IMG/VR virus record: IMGVR_UViG_3300021124_000007
Location: 1 to 43,145 of that record
Reading direction: 5' to 3' (one strand)
DNA length: 43,145 bases
Source of the DNA: a virus
Lineage: Duplodnaviria > Caudoviricetes
Numbering within the stretch: the stretch's first letter is position 1; every line of letters begins with the position of its first letter. This document shows, piece by piece, positions 30,202 through 36,400 of the stretch. The position numbers were made by a program, and so were the translations under genes. Under the pieces are notes generated by a model. That model was given only the letters and a program-made list of their open reading frames with translations. It made no database searches and was not told the origin of the DNA.

Positions 30202-30420
30202 ATGACTACTGACGAAATTGCAAATATTCAAACTATCAGTGATAATCTAAAAGCATCTATTTCTGCTATTACGCTTGAATTGGTAGATAAGCAAAATCAA
30301 GTAACAGCACTCAACAATGAGATTGCTGCACTTAACAATTTATTAAACAGTTTAGGTGGCAGTGCAAATAATATTGCAGATGCGGTAAGTGCTGCAAAGA
30401 CTACACTTAACATTCAGTAA
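30202..30420 (+). CDS. small coiled-coil protein
   Basis: 72 aa heptad pattern, GGAG RBS. Confidence 0.6.
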   Translation: MTTDEIANIQTISDNLKASISAITLELVDKQNQVTALNNEIAALNNLLNSLGGSANNIADAVSAAKTTLNIQ

Positions 30421-30449
30421 TTGTCATAATACTGTCATAATACTGTGAT
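30421..30449 (+). promoter_or_regulatory. Pho box (three PhoB-type 11-bp direct repeats)
   Basis: TTGTCAT-AATA-CTGTCAT-AATA-CTGTGAT, then CATAAT at 30462, upstream of pstS. Confidence 0.85.
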
Positions 30450-30482
30450 AAATTAGGTTGGCATAATAGAAGGAGAAATCAT

Positions 30483-31412
30483 ATGCTAACCAGACTACTC
30501 GCAGTTGCAGCGGCAACGATTATTGGTACAGCAGCAATGGCTGCTGAAATTACAGGTGCAGGTGCTACTTTCCCATATCCAATATATTCAAAATGGGCAG
30601 ATGCTTATAAAAATAGTTCAGGTAATACACTTAACTACCAATCAATTGGCAGTGGTGCTGGCTTGAAGCAGATTGATGCAAAAACAGTTACATTTGGCGC
30701 AACTGATATTCCAGTAAAGCCAGAAGACCTAGAAAAGAAAGGTCAAGTTCAATTTCCAATGGTAGTTGGTGGCATTGTTCCAGTTGTAAATCTTAAAGAA
30801 GTTACAAATGGTAAACTAACGCTTTCAACTGATATCCTTGCTAAAATCTATATGGAAAAGATTAAGCGTTGGAATGATAAGGAAATTGCAGCTATCAATG
30901 CAGGCGTCACGTTACCAGACCTACCAATTATTAAGATTCGTCGCAGTGACGGTAGCGGTACTACTTGGAACTTCACACGTTTCCTTGCAGAAGCAAATGG
31001 CGATTGGAAGAAGACATTTGGATTTGGTCAAACAGTTGAATGGGCAGGCAGTGCTATTGGTGCTAATGGCAATGCTGGTGTTGCAGCAAACGTTCAACAA
31101 ACCAATGGTTCAATTGGTTATGTAGAATATGCATATGCTAAGCAAAATAATCTTACTGTTGCTAATATGATTGGTAGCGATGGCAAATCAATTGCACCAA
31201 GCCTAAAAGCATTCCAGACAACTTGGCCAATGACAGCAACAACTTATATTGTTATGTATAAGGAACCAGTCGATAGTGCTGCCGCAAAGGAAGCAATCAA
31301 GTTCTTTGAATATGGTTATGCTAACGATAAGATGGCAGAAGAACTAGATTACGTACCGCTAACTGCTGCTCAAAAGGCAGAAACAAAAAAAGTTTGGTCA
31401 AGCATAAAATAA
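30483..31412 (+). CDS. pstS: phosphate ABC transporter substrate-binding protein PstS
   Basis: Signal peptide, GAGATFPYP, YQSIGSGAG, RRSDGSGTT, IGYVEY. Confidence 0.95.
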   Translation: MLTRLLAVAAATIIGTAAMAAEITGAGATFPYPIYSKWADAYKNSSGNTLNYQSIGSGAGLKQIDAKTVTFGATDIPVKPEDLEKKGQVQFPMVVGGIVPVVNLKEVTNGKLTLSTDILAKIYMEKIKRWNDKEIAAINAGVTLPDLPIIKIRRSDGSGTTWNFTRFLAEANGDWKKTFGFGQTVEWAGSAIGANGNAGVAANVQQTNGSIGYVEYAYAKQNNLTVANMIGSDGKSIAPSLKAFQTTWPMTATTYIVMYKEPVDSAAAKEAIKFFEYGYANDKMAEELDYVPLTAAQKAETKKVWSSIK

Positions 31413-31415
31413 TTC

Positions 31416-31445
31416 TTGACATTATTTTTTATTGTGGTATAAATA
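31416..31445 (+). promoter_or_regulatory. overlapping sigma70-type and late promoter ahead of the leader peptide
   Basis: TTGACA 31416-31421; TATAAATA 31438-31445. Confidence 0.7.
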
Positions 31446-31466
31446 GAATACAAATTGAGAGCAAAC

Positions 31467-31553
31467 ATGACTAACACGCCTAAACACAATGATTATAACA
31501 TTTGCCGCATGCCAGAAGGTTTCTGGATGGTGGGGGCGTGTGCCTTGATGTGA
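31467..31553 (+). CDS. putative attenuator leader peptide, 28 aa (MTNTPKHNDYNICRMPEGFWMVGACALM)
   Basis: GAGAG RBS 5 nt before ATG; 3' end carries the antiterminator strand; stop lies 25 nt before the terminator. Confidence 0.65.
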   Translation: MTNTPKHNDYNICRMPEGFWMVGACALM

Positions 31554-31578
31554 TATGCACATCATAGTATGCACTTAG

Positions 31579-31608
31579 CCCCCGAAGCGAAAGTTTCGGG
31601 GGTTTTTT
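31579..31608 (+). terminator. intrinsic terminator (attenuator 3:4 hairpin)
   Basis: CCCCCGAAGC-GAAA-GTTTCGGGGG-TTTTTT. Confidence 0.9.
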
Positions 31609-31628
31609 ATTATTAAGGAGTAAGGTAC

Positions 31629-31787
31629 ATGAAATGGCCAAAGTTGTTAAGAAAGATGTATGATGCAATTCTATCGCATGATACTAAGAAAGAAAAAGAA
31701 TTATTTGAGAAAGCCTTGAAGAAGAATATTAAGGCTAACTTAAAAGATAAAAAGACTACAGTGACTCAGGTTACTGTTCAAGATTAA
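31629..31787 (+). CDS. small basic hypothetical protein (52 aa)
   Basis: AAGGAG/TAAGG RBS; MKWPKLLRKMYDAILSH... Confidence 0.6.
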   Translation: MKWPKLLRKMYDAILSHDTKKEKELFEKALKKNIKANLKDKKTTVTQVTVQD

Positions 31788-31793
31788 ACAAGT

Positions 31794-31887
31794 TTTCAGG
31801 ACGGTATCCCCTACGCATAAGGATACTTCACCGACCAGTACTTGAGCCAAATGGCTGAATAGGTGGTTTCGGCGGTGATAAATGAAA
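31794..31887 (+). ncRNA. candidate structured RNA before tRNA-Trp
   Basis: GC-rich non-coding stretch; stems GTATCC/GGATAC, TCACCG/CGGTGA, AGCCA/TGGCT. Confidence 0.35.
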
Positions 31888-31893
31888 CGATGC

Positions 31894-31968
31894 GTTGGTC
31901 GGGGAAGATGGTAATCCGCAGGTCTCCAAAACCTTGAGAAGTTAGTTCGATTCTAACGACCTTCGCCA
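31894..31968 (+). tRNA. tRNA-Trp(CCA)
   Basis: Cloverleaf, loop CT-CCA-AA, TTCGA T-loop, CCA end; two U-U pairs in the acceptor stem. Confidence 0.85.
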
Positions 31969-32011
31969 ATTTTTCTCTTGACAACCTTAAAAAACATGAT
32001 ATATTAGTAAT

Positions 32012-32248
32012 ATGGCTAGAGCATCAAAACCGCTTAACAAACCTGTTATTCCAAGCGATACCTGTCCTTATATTGACATGGTAATTGACCTTACTGAAAA
32101 GATGGCAAGTGAGCCTAACTATGATTGGCGCAATGAACAGCAAATACTTGCCAAAGCACTGCTAGAATATGTGCGTGAAAGCAACCAAAAACTGCGAATT
32201 TCATCCAAATTCTGGTACGAACAATACCAAAAAGTGTCAAAAAATTGA
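32012..32248 (+). CDS. hypothetical protein
   Basis: 78 aa, PSDTCPYID motif; starts right after a promoter (possibly leaderless). Confidence 0.65.
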   Translation: MARASKPLNKPVIPSDTCPYIDMVIDLTEKMASEPNYDWRNEQQILAKALLEYVRESNQKLRISSKFWYEQYQKVSKN

Positions 32249-32349
32249 GTTTTTGTGTCAAAATATTGGCAAACCTGTCAAAAAAATAACACTTGACAAC
32301 AATTTTAACTGTGTTATATTAGTAATATACCGCAGTTCAGGAGAATTAT

Positions 32350-32982
32350 ATGCGCAAGATAGCCTTATTTTCCCATCATCCAGTGTGCTCCCGTGACTCT
32401 ACAAACGGCATTATTGCCGCCCTAAGTGGTGCCTACGATGTTGAGACCTTTCGGGTAGATGATGACTTTGGCGCTATCTTGGGCGAGGCTGATATCGTAG
32501 CCTTTCCTGGCGGTATCGGTGATAGCCAATCATTTGATTATTTGCTTGGCGACAAGGTAGAGATGATCCAAGACTTTGTTGCCAATGGTGGCAAGTATCT
32601 TGGCATCTGTATGGGTGCGTATTGGGCTGGCAGCCACTACTTCAATCTGCTTGATGGAGTAGATGCTGTTCAGTATATTCGCCGCCCACAGGCTTGTACT
32701 GCTCGTCCATACGGCACTGTTGTAGAAGTGGATTGGCGTGGTGATAAAGAAGCTATGTATTTCTATGATGGCTGTGCATTGGTTGGCAACAAGCGTAAGT
32801 TTGAGACTGTTGCTACCTATGCCAATGGCGATGCTATGGCTATTCGTCAAGGCAATGTAGGTATCATCGGCTGTCATCCTGAGAGCCAAGCATACTGGTA
32901 TGATACATGGCAGTATATGCCACAGTTCTATCACGATGGTCATCATCATACGCTGCTACGTGAGTTCGTAGATAAACTATAA
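32350..32982 (+). CDS. BPL_N / class I glutamine amidotransferase-like protein
   Basis: FPGG, GGKYLGICMGAY nucleophile elbow, GCHPE. Confidence 0.82.
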   Translation: MRKIALFSHHPVCSRDSTNGIIAALSGAYDVETFRVDDDFGAILGEADIVAFPGGIGDSQSFDYLLGDKVEMIQDFVANGGKYLGICMGAYWAGSHYFNLLDGVDAVQYIRRPQACTARPYGTVVEVDWRGDKEAMYFYDGCALVGNKRKFETVATYANGDAMAIRQGNVGIIGCHPESQAYWYDTWQYMPQFYHDGHHHTLLREFVDKL

Positions 32983-33033
32983 AATAATAGTTACGGGAAG
33001 GTCTGCGTTTGTATAAATATAAATGGAGACAAA

Positions 33034-33582
33034 ATGTTTTATTTTATATACAAAACTACAAATAATATAAATGGAAAATATTATATTGGCTGTCACAAAA
33101 CAGCCAATATAGATGATGGATACATGGGTTCTGGAAAGGCATTATTAAAAGCCATAGAAAAATATGGCAAGCATAATTTTACAAAAGAAATATTGATTTA
33201 TTGCACAACAATTGATGACATGTTTGAAAAAGAAAAAGAAATAGTCAATGAAAGTGTAGTAAATGATGAAAATTCATATAATTTAAAAATAGGTGGTTCA
33301 TCTAATTTTTATTATGTTAATAAAAATAAATTAAATCATAAAACAAATCAACATCTGAAACATGCTGAAAAGTTAAAAAACGATCCAGAGTATGCAAAGC
33401 AATTTAGCAAAAAAATGAGTATTGCTAATAGAAAAAAAGAACATAAAAAAACGGAAAAACAAAAAGAATCTGCAAAAAAAGTTATGACATTATTAAATGA
33501 AAAAAGAAAAAATAATAGAAATCATACAGTAGAAACAAAAGTTAAAATTGCAGCATCAGTAAAAAAAAAGATGGGACGATAG
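33034..33582 (+). CDS. GIY-YIG (Seg-like) homing endonuclease
   Basis: FIYKTTN..NGKYYIG.H..DGYMGSG..KYG..NF.KE..YNL..GG. Confidence 0.9.
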   Translation: MFYFIYKTTNNINGKYYIGCHKTANIDDGYMGSGKALLKAIEKYGKHNFTKEILIYCTTIDDMFEKEKEIVNESVVNDENSYNLKIGGSSNFYYVNKNKLNHKTNQHLKHAEKLKNDPEYAKQFSKKMSIANRKKEHKKTEKQKESAKKVMTLLNEKRKNNRNHTVETKVKIAASVKKKMGR

Positions 33583-33649
33583 CAAAAATGGCTAATGCAC
33601 TGGACTGCAAATCCTCAAGGTGTCGGTTCGAATCCGACTCGTCCCTCCA
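33573..33649 (+). tRNA. tRNA-Cys(GCA)
   Basis: GGGACGA/TCGTCCC, U73, CCA; weak anticodon stem; overlaps the stop codon of the HEG. Confidence 0.8.
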
Positions 33650-33691
33650 ACATATGCCCTACAAAAATAATATTTGTAGGGCATCTTAAAT

Positions 33692-33767
33692 GCAAAGTTA
33701 GCAAATGTGGTCATTACACTGGACTGAAAATCCAGCCAACTTGGTTCGATCCCAAGACTTTGCACCA
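33692..33767 (+). tRNA. tRNA-Phe(GAA)
   Basis: CTGGA-CTGAAAA-TCCAG arm, CCA end. Confidence 0.88.
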
Positions 33768-33772
33768 TTACT

Positions 33773-33849
33773 GCCCGAATAGTCCAATTGGTAGAGGCGT
33801 TCGACTCAAAATCGAAATGTTGTCAGTTCGAGTCTGACTTTGGGCACCA
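33773..33849 (+). tRNA. tRNA-Leu(CAA), short variable loop
   Basis: TTCGA-CTCAAAA-TCGAA arm, CCA end. Confidence 0.88.
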
Positions 33850-33872
33850 TTTTTATAAAAGGAGTAACCAAG

Positions 33873-34114
33873 ATGCTACGGGACTGTATCTAGAAACAAC
33901 AGATGGGCGAATCGTCAATATTACAGTTTATGTAATGGGCGGTCTGCATACTTTAACAAAGACATACACCATATATTATAAAGAGGAATGGGGCGGTTTC
34001 CCCGATTTACATAATTGGTGGTTCTTCAAAGAAGTAAAAGACGAACCTGATGGTCTATACTATGATAAACGAAGCTACTTTATTGAAATAAAAACAAAAG
34101 GCTCCATCTTATAA
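33873..34114 (+). pseudogene. probable frameshifted small gene
   Basis: AGGAG RBS + ATG 33873 closes after 6 codons, while another frame stays open to 34114. Confidence 0.35.
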
Positions 34115-34171
34115 TGGCTATTATCCTTGACTGTCTATCAGGGGATAGGGGTTCGATCCCCCTTGGAGTCG
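34100..34171 (+). tRNA. tRNA-Asp(GTC), CCA not encoded
   Basis: CTTGA-CTGTCTA-TCAGG arm, G73 followed by CAT. Confidence 0.85.
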
Positions 34172-34233
34172 CATAAGCGCCTCGAATGTATAAATAGTAA
34201 TGTCAATAAAACTATTATACATTCGAGGGCAGC

Positions 34234-34863
34234 ATGTTTTATACGATTTATAAAATTACTAATATCATAAACAACAAATATTATATTGGTATGCATCAAA
34301 CTGAAAATATAAATGACAATTATATGGGTTCTGGTAAACTTATTAAAATAGCCATACAAAAATATGGAATTGAAAATTTTAAAAAAGAAATATTACATAT
34401 ATTCGATAACGAAAAAGATATGAAAAATAAAGAAAAAGAACTCGTTGTTTTAGATGAAATGAGTTATAATCTCTGTGATGGCGGGAAAGGTGGATTTGGA
34501 TATATTAATCGTACAGGATTAAATAATAATCACAAAGATAAAGAAGCAATATATGAAAAGGTATCAAAGTCTCTATCTGGCAGACAATTACCACATGTAT
34601 CTTCTCTTCTTAAAGAAAGACATGAAAATGGATTATTTAAAAAAACATATTTTGGTTCTCGTGGGGAAATTGACAAATTAGCTTTAGAAAAAGCACACTC
34701 ACCAGAATCTAATGCAAAACGCATTAAAACATATCGAGAAAAAGAACACCAAAAAGGTGAAAAAAATTCTCAATTTGGTAAACCAAGAAGTGAAGAAACT
34801 AAACAAAAAATAAGAGAATCTCTGGCAAAAACCAGAGAATTAAAAAAATTATCAACAATTTAA
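34234..34863 (+). CDS. GIY-YIG (Seg-like) homing endonuclease with NUMOD3
   Basis: TIYKITN..KYYIG.H..YMGSG, YNLCDGGKGG, RSEETKQKI. Confidence 0.9.
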   Translation: MFYTIYKITNIINNKYYIGMHQTENINDNYMGSGKLIKIAIQKYGIENFKKEILHIFDNEKDMKNKEKELVVLDEMSYNLCDGGKGGFGYINRTGLNNNHKDKEAIYEKVSKSLSGRQLPHVSSLLKERHENGLFKKTYFGSRGEIDKLALEKAHSPESNAKRIKTYREKEHQKGEKNSQFGKPRSEETKQKIRESLAKTRELKKLSTI

Positions 34864-34864
34864 T

Positions 34865-34924
34865 GCGGTGGTTTGCATGGGTGCTTTAACTAACAACCAC
34901 GAGGTTCGATTCCTCGCTGCCGCT
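34865..34924 (+). ncRNA. tRNA-like RNA lacking a normal anticodon arm
   Basis: 7-bp acceptor GCGGTGG/CTGCCGC and perfect T-arm CGAGG-TTCGATT-CCTCG separated by only 28 nt. Confidence 0.6.
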
Positions 34925-34932
34925 CAAATTAT

Positions 34933-35008
34933 GCTCCCTTCGTCTAGCGGTCAAGGATAACAGACTTTCAATCTGCAGAGACGGGTTCAACTCCCGTTGG
35001 GAGCACCA
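34933..35008 (+). tRNA. tRNA-Glu(TTC)
   Basis: Loop CT-TTC-AA, CCA end. Confidence 0.88.
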
Positions 35009-35014
35009 AATTAG

Positions 35015-35089
35015 TGGCGCATAACTCAGTGGTAGAGTAATCGCTTGATAAGCGATAAGTCGTTGGTTCAAATCCAACTGTGCCAACCA
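35015..35089 (+). tRNA. tRNA-Ile(GAT)
   Basis: ATCGC-TTGATAA-GCGAT arm, CCA end. Confidence 0.92.
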
Positions 35090-35094
35090 ATAAT

Positions 35095-35171
35095 GCTGTT
35101 GGGTCGGTGGTGGACATCGAACCACTCTCATAAGGTGGACAAAACTGCTTCGAGTGCAGTCAGCAGCACCA
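35095..35171 (+). tRNA. tRNA with CAT anticodon (elongator Met or Ile2)
   Basis: CCACT-CTCATAA-GGTGG arm, CCA end. Confidence 0.82.
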
Positions 35172-35175
35172 ACAT

Positions 35176-35249
35176 GCCTCGTTAGTTCAATGGTAGAACA
35201 TCGGTTTGTGGAACCGATTACGGTGGTTCAATTCCGCCACGAGGTACCA
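35176..35249 (+). tRNA. tRNA-His(GTG), no G-1, U72/A73
   Basis: TCGGT-TTGTGGA-ACCGA arm; base -1 is T; ends GAGGT-A-CCA. Confidence 0.92.
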
Positions 35250-35256
35250 ATTACAT

Positions 35257-35334
35257 GGACCGTTAGCTGAGTTGGTTTTAGCGGGAGACTCTTAATCTCC
35301 GTCAACGTAGGTTCAAATCCTACACGGTCTGCCA
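35257..35334 (+). tRNA. tRNA-Lys(CTT)
   Basis: GGAGA-CTCTTAA-TCTCC arm, CCA end. Confidence 0.9.
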
Positions 35335-35356
35335 ACCAATGATATATACAAATAAT

Positions 35357-35430
35357 GCGGATATGATGTAGAGGTAACCTGTCTCCTTGCCAAGGAGAAT
35401 TCACCAGTTCGATTCTGGTTATCCGCTCCA
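35357..35430 (+). tRNA. tRNA-Gly(GCC)
   Basis: TCTCC-TTGCCAA-GGAGA arm, U73, CCA end. Confidence 0.9.
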
Positions 35431-35455
35431 ATACAAACCATCGGAGGGTATCAAA

Positions 35456-35770
35456 ATGAAATACCTAGTGCCTCTACTATTAATTTCAACTGCTACGGTG
35501 GCTCAAGAAAACGGTCCACTTTGTGCAATTGGTGATAAAGTATTTGGATATTTAAATTCTCAATATGGTGAAATACCTTTTGCTGAATTTCTTGATCCTC
35601 AAAATCGCCATATGATTATGTTGGTCAGTCCTAAAACAAGCACGTGGACAGTTCTATTAGAGCAAAGTGATGGTAAATTCTGTGGTGTTGCTAGCGGTAC
35701 AAAGTTTGAACCTGCTGATCAGAAAAAATTTGAAAAATACCAAGAAAAAAAACCTGAAACACCAGGTTAA
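35456..35770 (+). CDS. hypothetical secreted protein (104 aa)
   Basis: GGAGG RBS; MKYLVPLLLISTATVAQ signal peptide; two Cys. Confidence 0.7.
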   Translation: MKYLVPLLLISTATVAQENGPLCAIGDKVFGYLNSQYGEIPFAEFLDPQNRHMIMLVSPKTSTWTVLLEQSDGKFCGVASGTKFEPADQKKFEKYQEKKPETPG

Positions 35771-35815
35771 AAAACTGCTTGACAAATAATTTAAATGTGG
35801 TAATGTAAAGATATT

Positions 35816-35901
35816 GGGAGTGTGTGCCGAGCAGCGAAGGCAACGGTCTGTAAAACCGTGACATAGAAACAGCGTAGGTGCGAGTCCTACCGCTCCCACC
35901 A
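35816..35901 (+). tRNA. tRNA-Tyr(GTA)
   Basis: ACGGT-CTGTAAA-ACCGT arm, long variable region, TGCGAGT T-loop, CCA end. Confidence 0.88.
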
Positions 35902-35983
35902 TAATTTATTATAACTTTTACTACTAATCGGTATCAAAAAAGTGCTTGACAAGCATAAATTATATGATATAGTAAAAAAATAC

Positions 35984-36060
35984 TGTGGCTGTAGAGAACC
36001 AGATATCTCACCATCCTCATAAGCTGGAGATAGGGTGTGCAATTCATCCCGCCGCAACCA
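35984..36060 (+). tRNA. divergent tRNA-Met(CAT), possibly initiator-derived
   Basis: Loop CT-CAT-AA, U1-A72, TGCAATT T-loop, CCA end; several mismatches. Confidence 0.7.
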
Positions 36061-36063
36061 AGA

Positions 36064-36176
36064 TTGTAGCAGTATGGCACTGCTTGTGAAGCACCTACGG
36101 AGATGGTAGGAGAGCAGATGAGAAATCATCTAACGCAACAAATGCCAACAGTTTGCCAACAGTGGGGTTGCAAACC
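36064..36176 (+). ncRNA. candidate multi-hairpin RNA
   Basis: Stems GCAGT/ACTGC, CCTAC/GTAGG, AGATGA-GAAA-TCATCT, GTTTGC-CAAC/GTTG-CAAAC. Confidence 0.35.
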
Positions 36177-36179
36177 TAC

Positions 36180-36253
36180 TGGTCGTTCGTCTATAGGAAT
36201 AGGATACAACTGCGGAGTCGGTTGAGAGATGGGTTCGATCCCCATACGATGGC
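36180..36253 (+). ncRNA. tRNA-like RNA (Glu/Asp-type body) with non-canonical anticodon loop
   Basis: D-arm GTCT..GGAT, arm CAACTG-CGGAGT-CGGTTG, T-arm ATGGG-TTCGATC-CCCAT, imperfect acceptor, no CCA. Confidence 0.6.
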
Positions 36254-36262
36254 AATATATAC

Positions 36263-36335
36263 CTCTGTGGAGTTAGGGTAAGATTAATACCGCACTTGGA
36301 CTGCGGGGAATCTGGGGCAGCGCCAGACACGGAGA
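36263..36335 (+). tRNA. tRNA-Pro(TGG) with atypical GGCAGCG T-loop, CCA not encoded
   Basis: CTCTGTG/CACGGAG acceptor, CCGCA-CTTGGAC-TGCGG, TCTGG-GGCAGCG-CCAGA, A73. Confidence 0.75.
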
Positions 36336-36400
36336 CACAAGTGTCCCAGTTGTATAAATAGTAGTAGAGTAAATCTATTTCTTACAACTGGGACATACAT

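Noticed and set aside
31480-31668. 62-aa minus-strand ORF over the attenuator
   Set aside because: It runs against a plus-strand promoter, leader, terminator and gene, and has no evident RBS.
378-32949. Antisense and alternate-frame ORFs inside long genes (e.g. 980..1325, 10202..10720, 23575..26567 plus strand, 27708..30028 minus strand, 32530..32949)
   Set aside because: Each is nested in a well-supported gene on the other strand or frame.
33655-33684. Hairpin TGCCCTACAAA/TTTGTAGGGCA as a terminator
   Set aside because: No U-tract follows and it lies between co-transcribed tRNAs; more likely a spacer or processing stem.
36100-36135. Hammerhead ribozyme
   Set aside because: CAGATGA-GAAA resembles the core words, but it is not CTGANGA and the GAAA is a hairpin tetraloop.
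36263-36335. Two-piece alphaproteobacterial tmRNA
   Set aside because: The GGCAG T-loop is suggestive, but the RNA has a complete TGG anticodon arm and Pro identity, with no G3-U70 alanine acceptor or tag frame.
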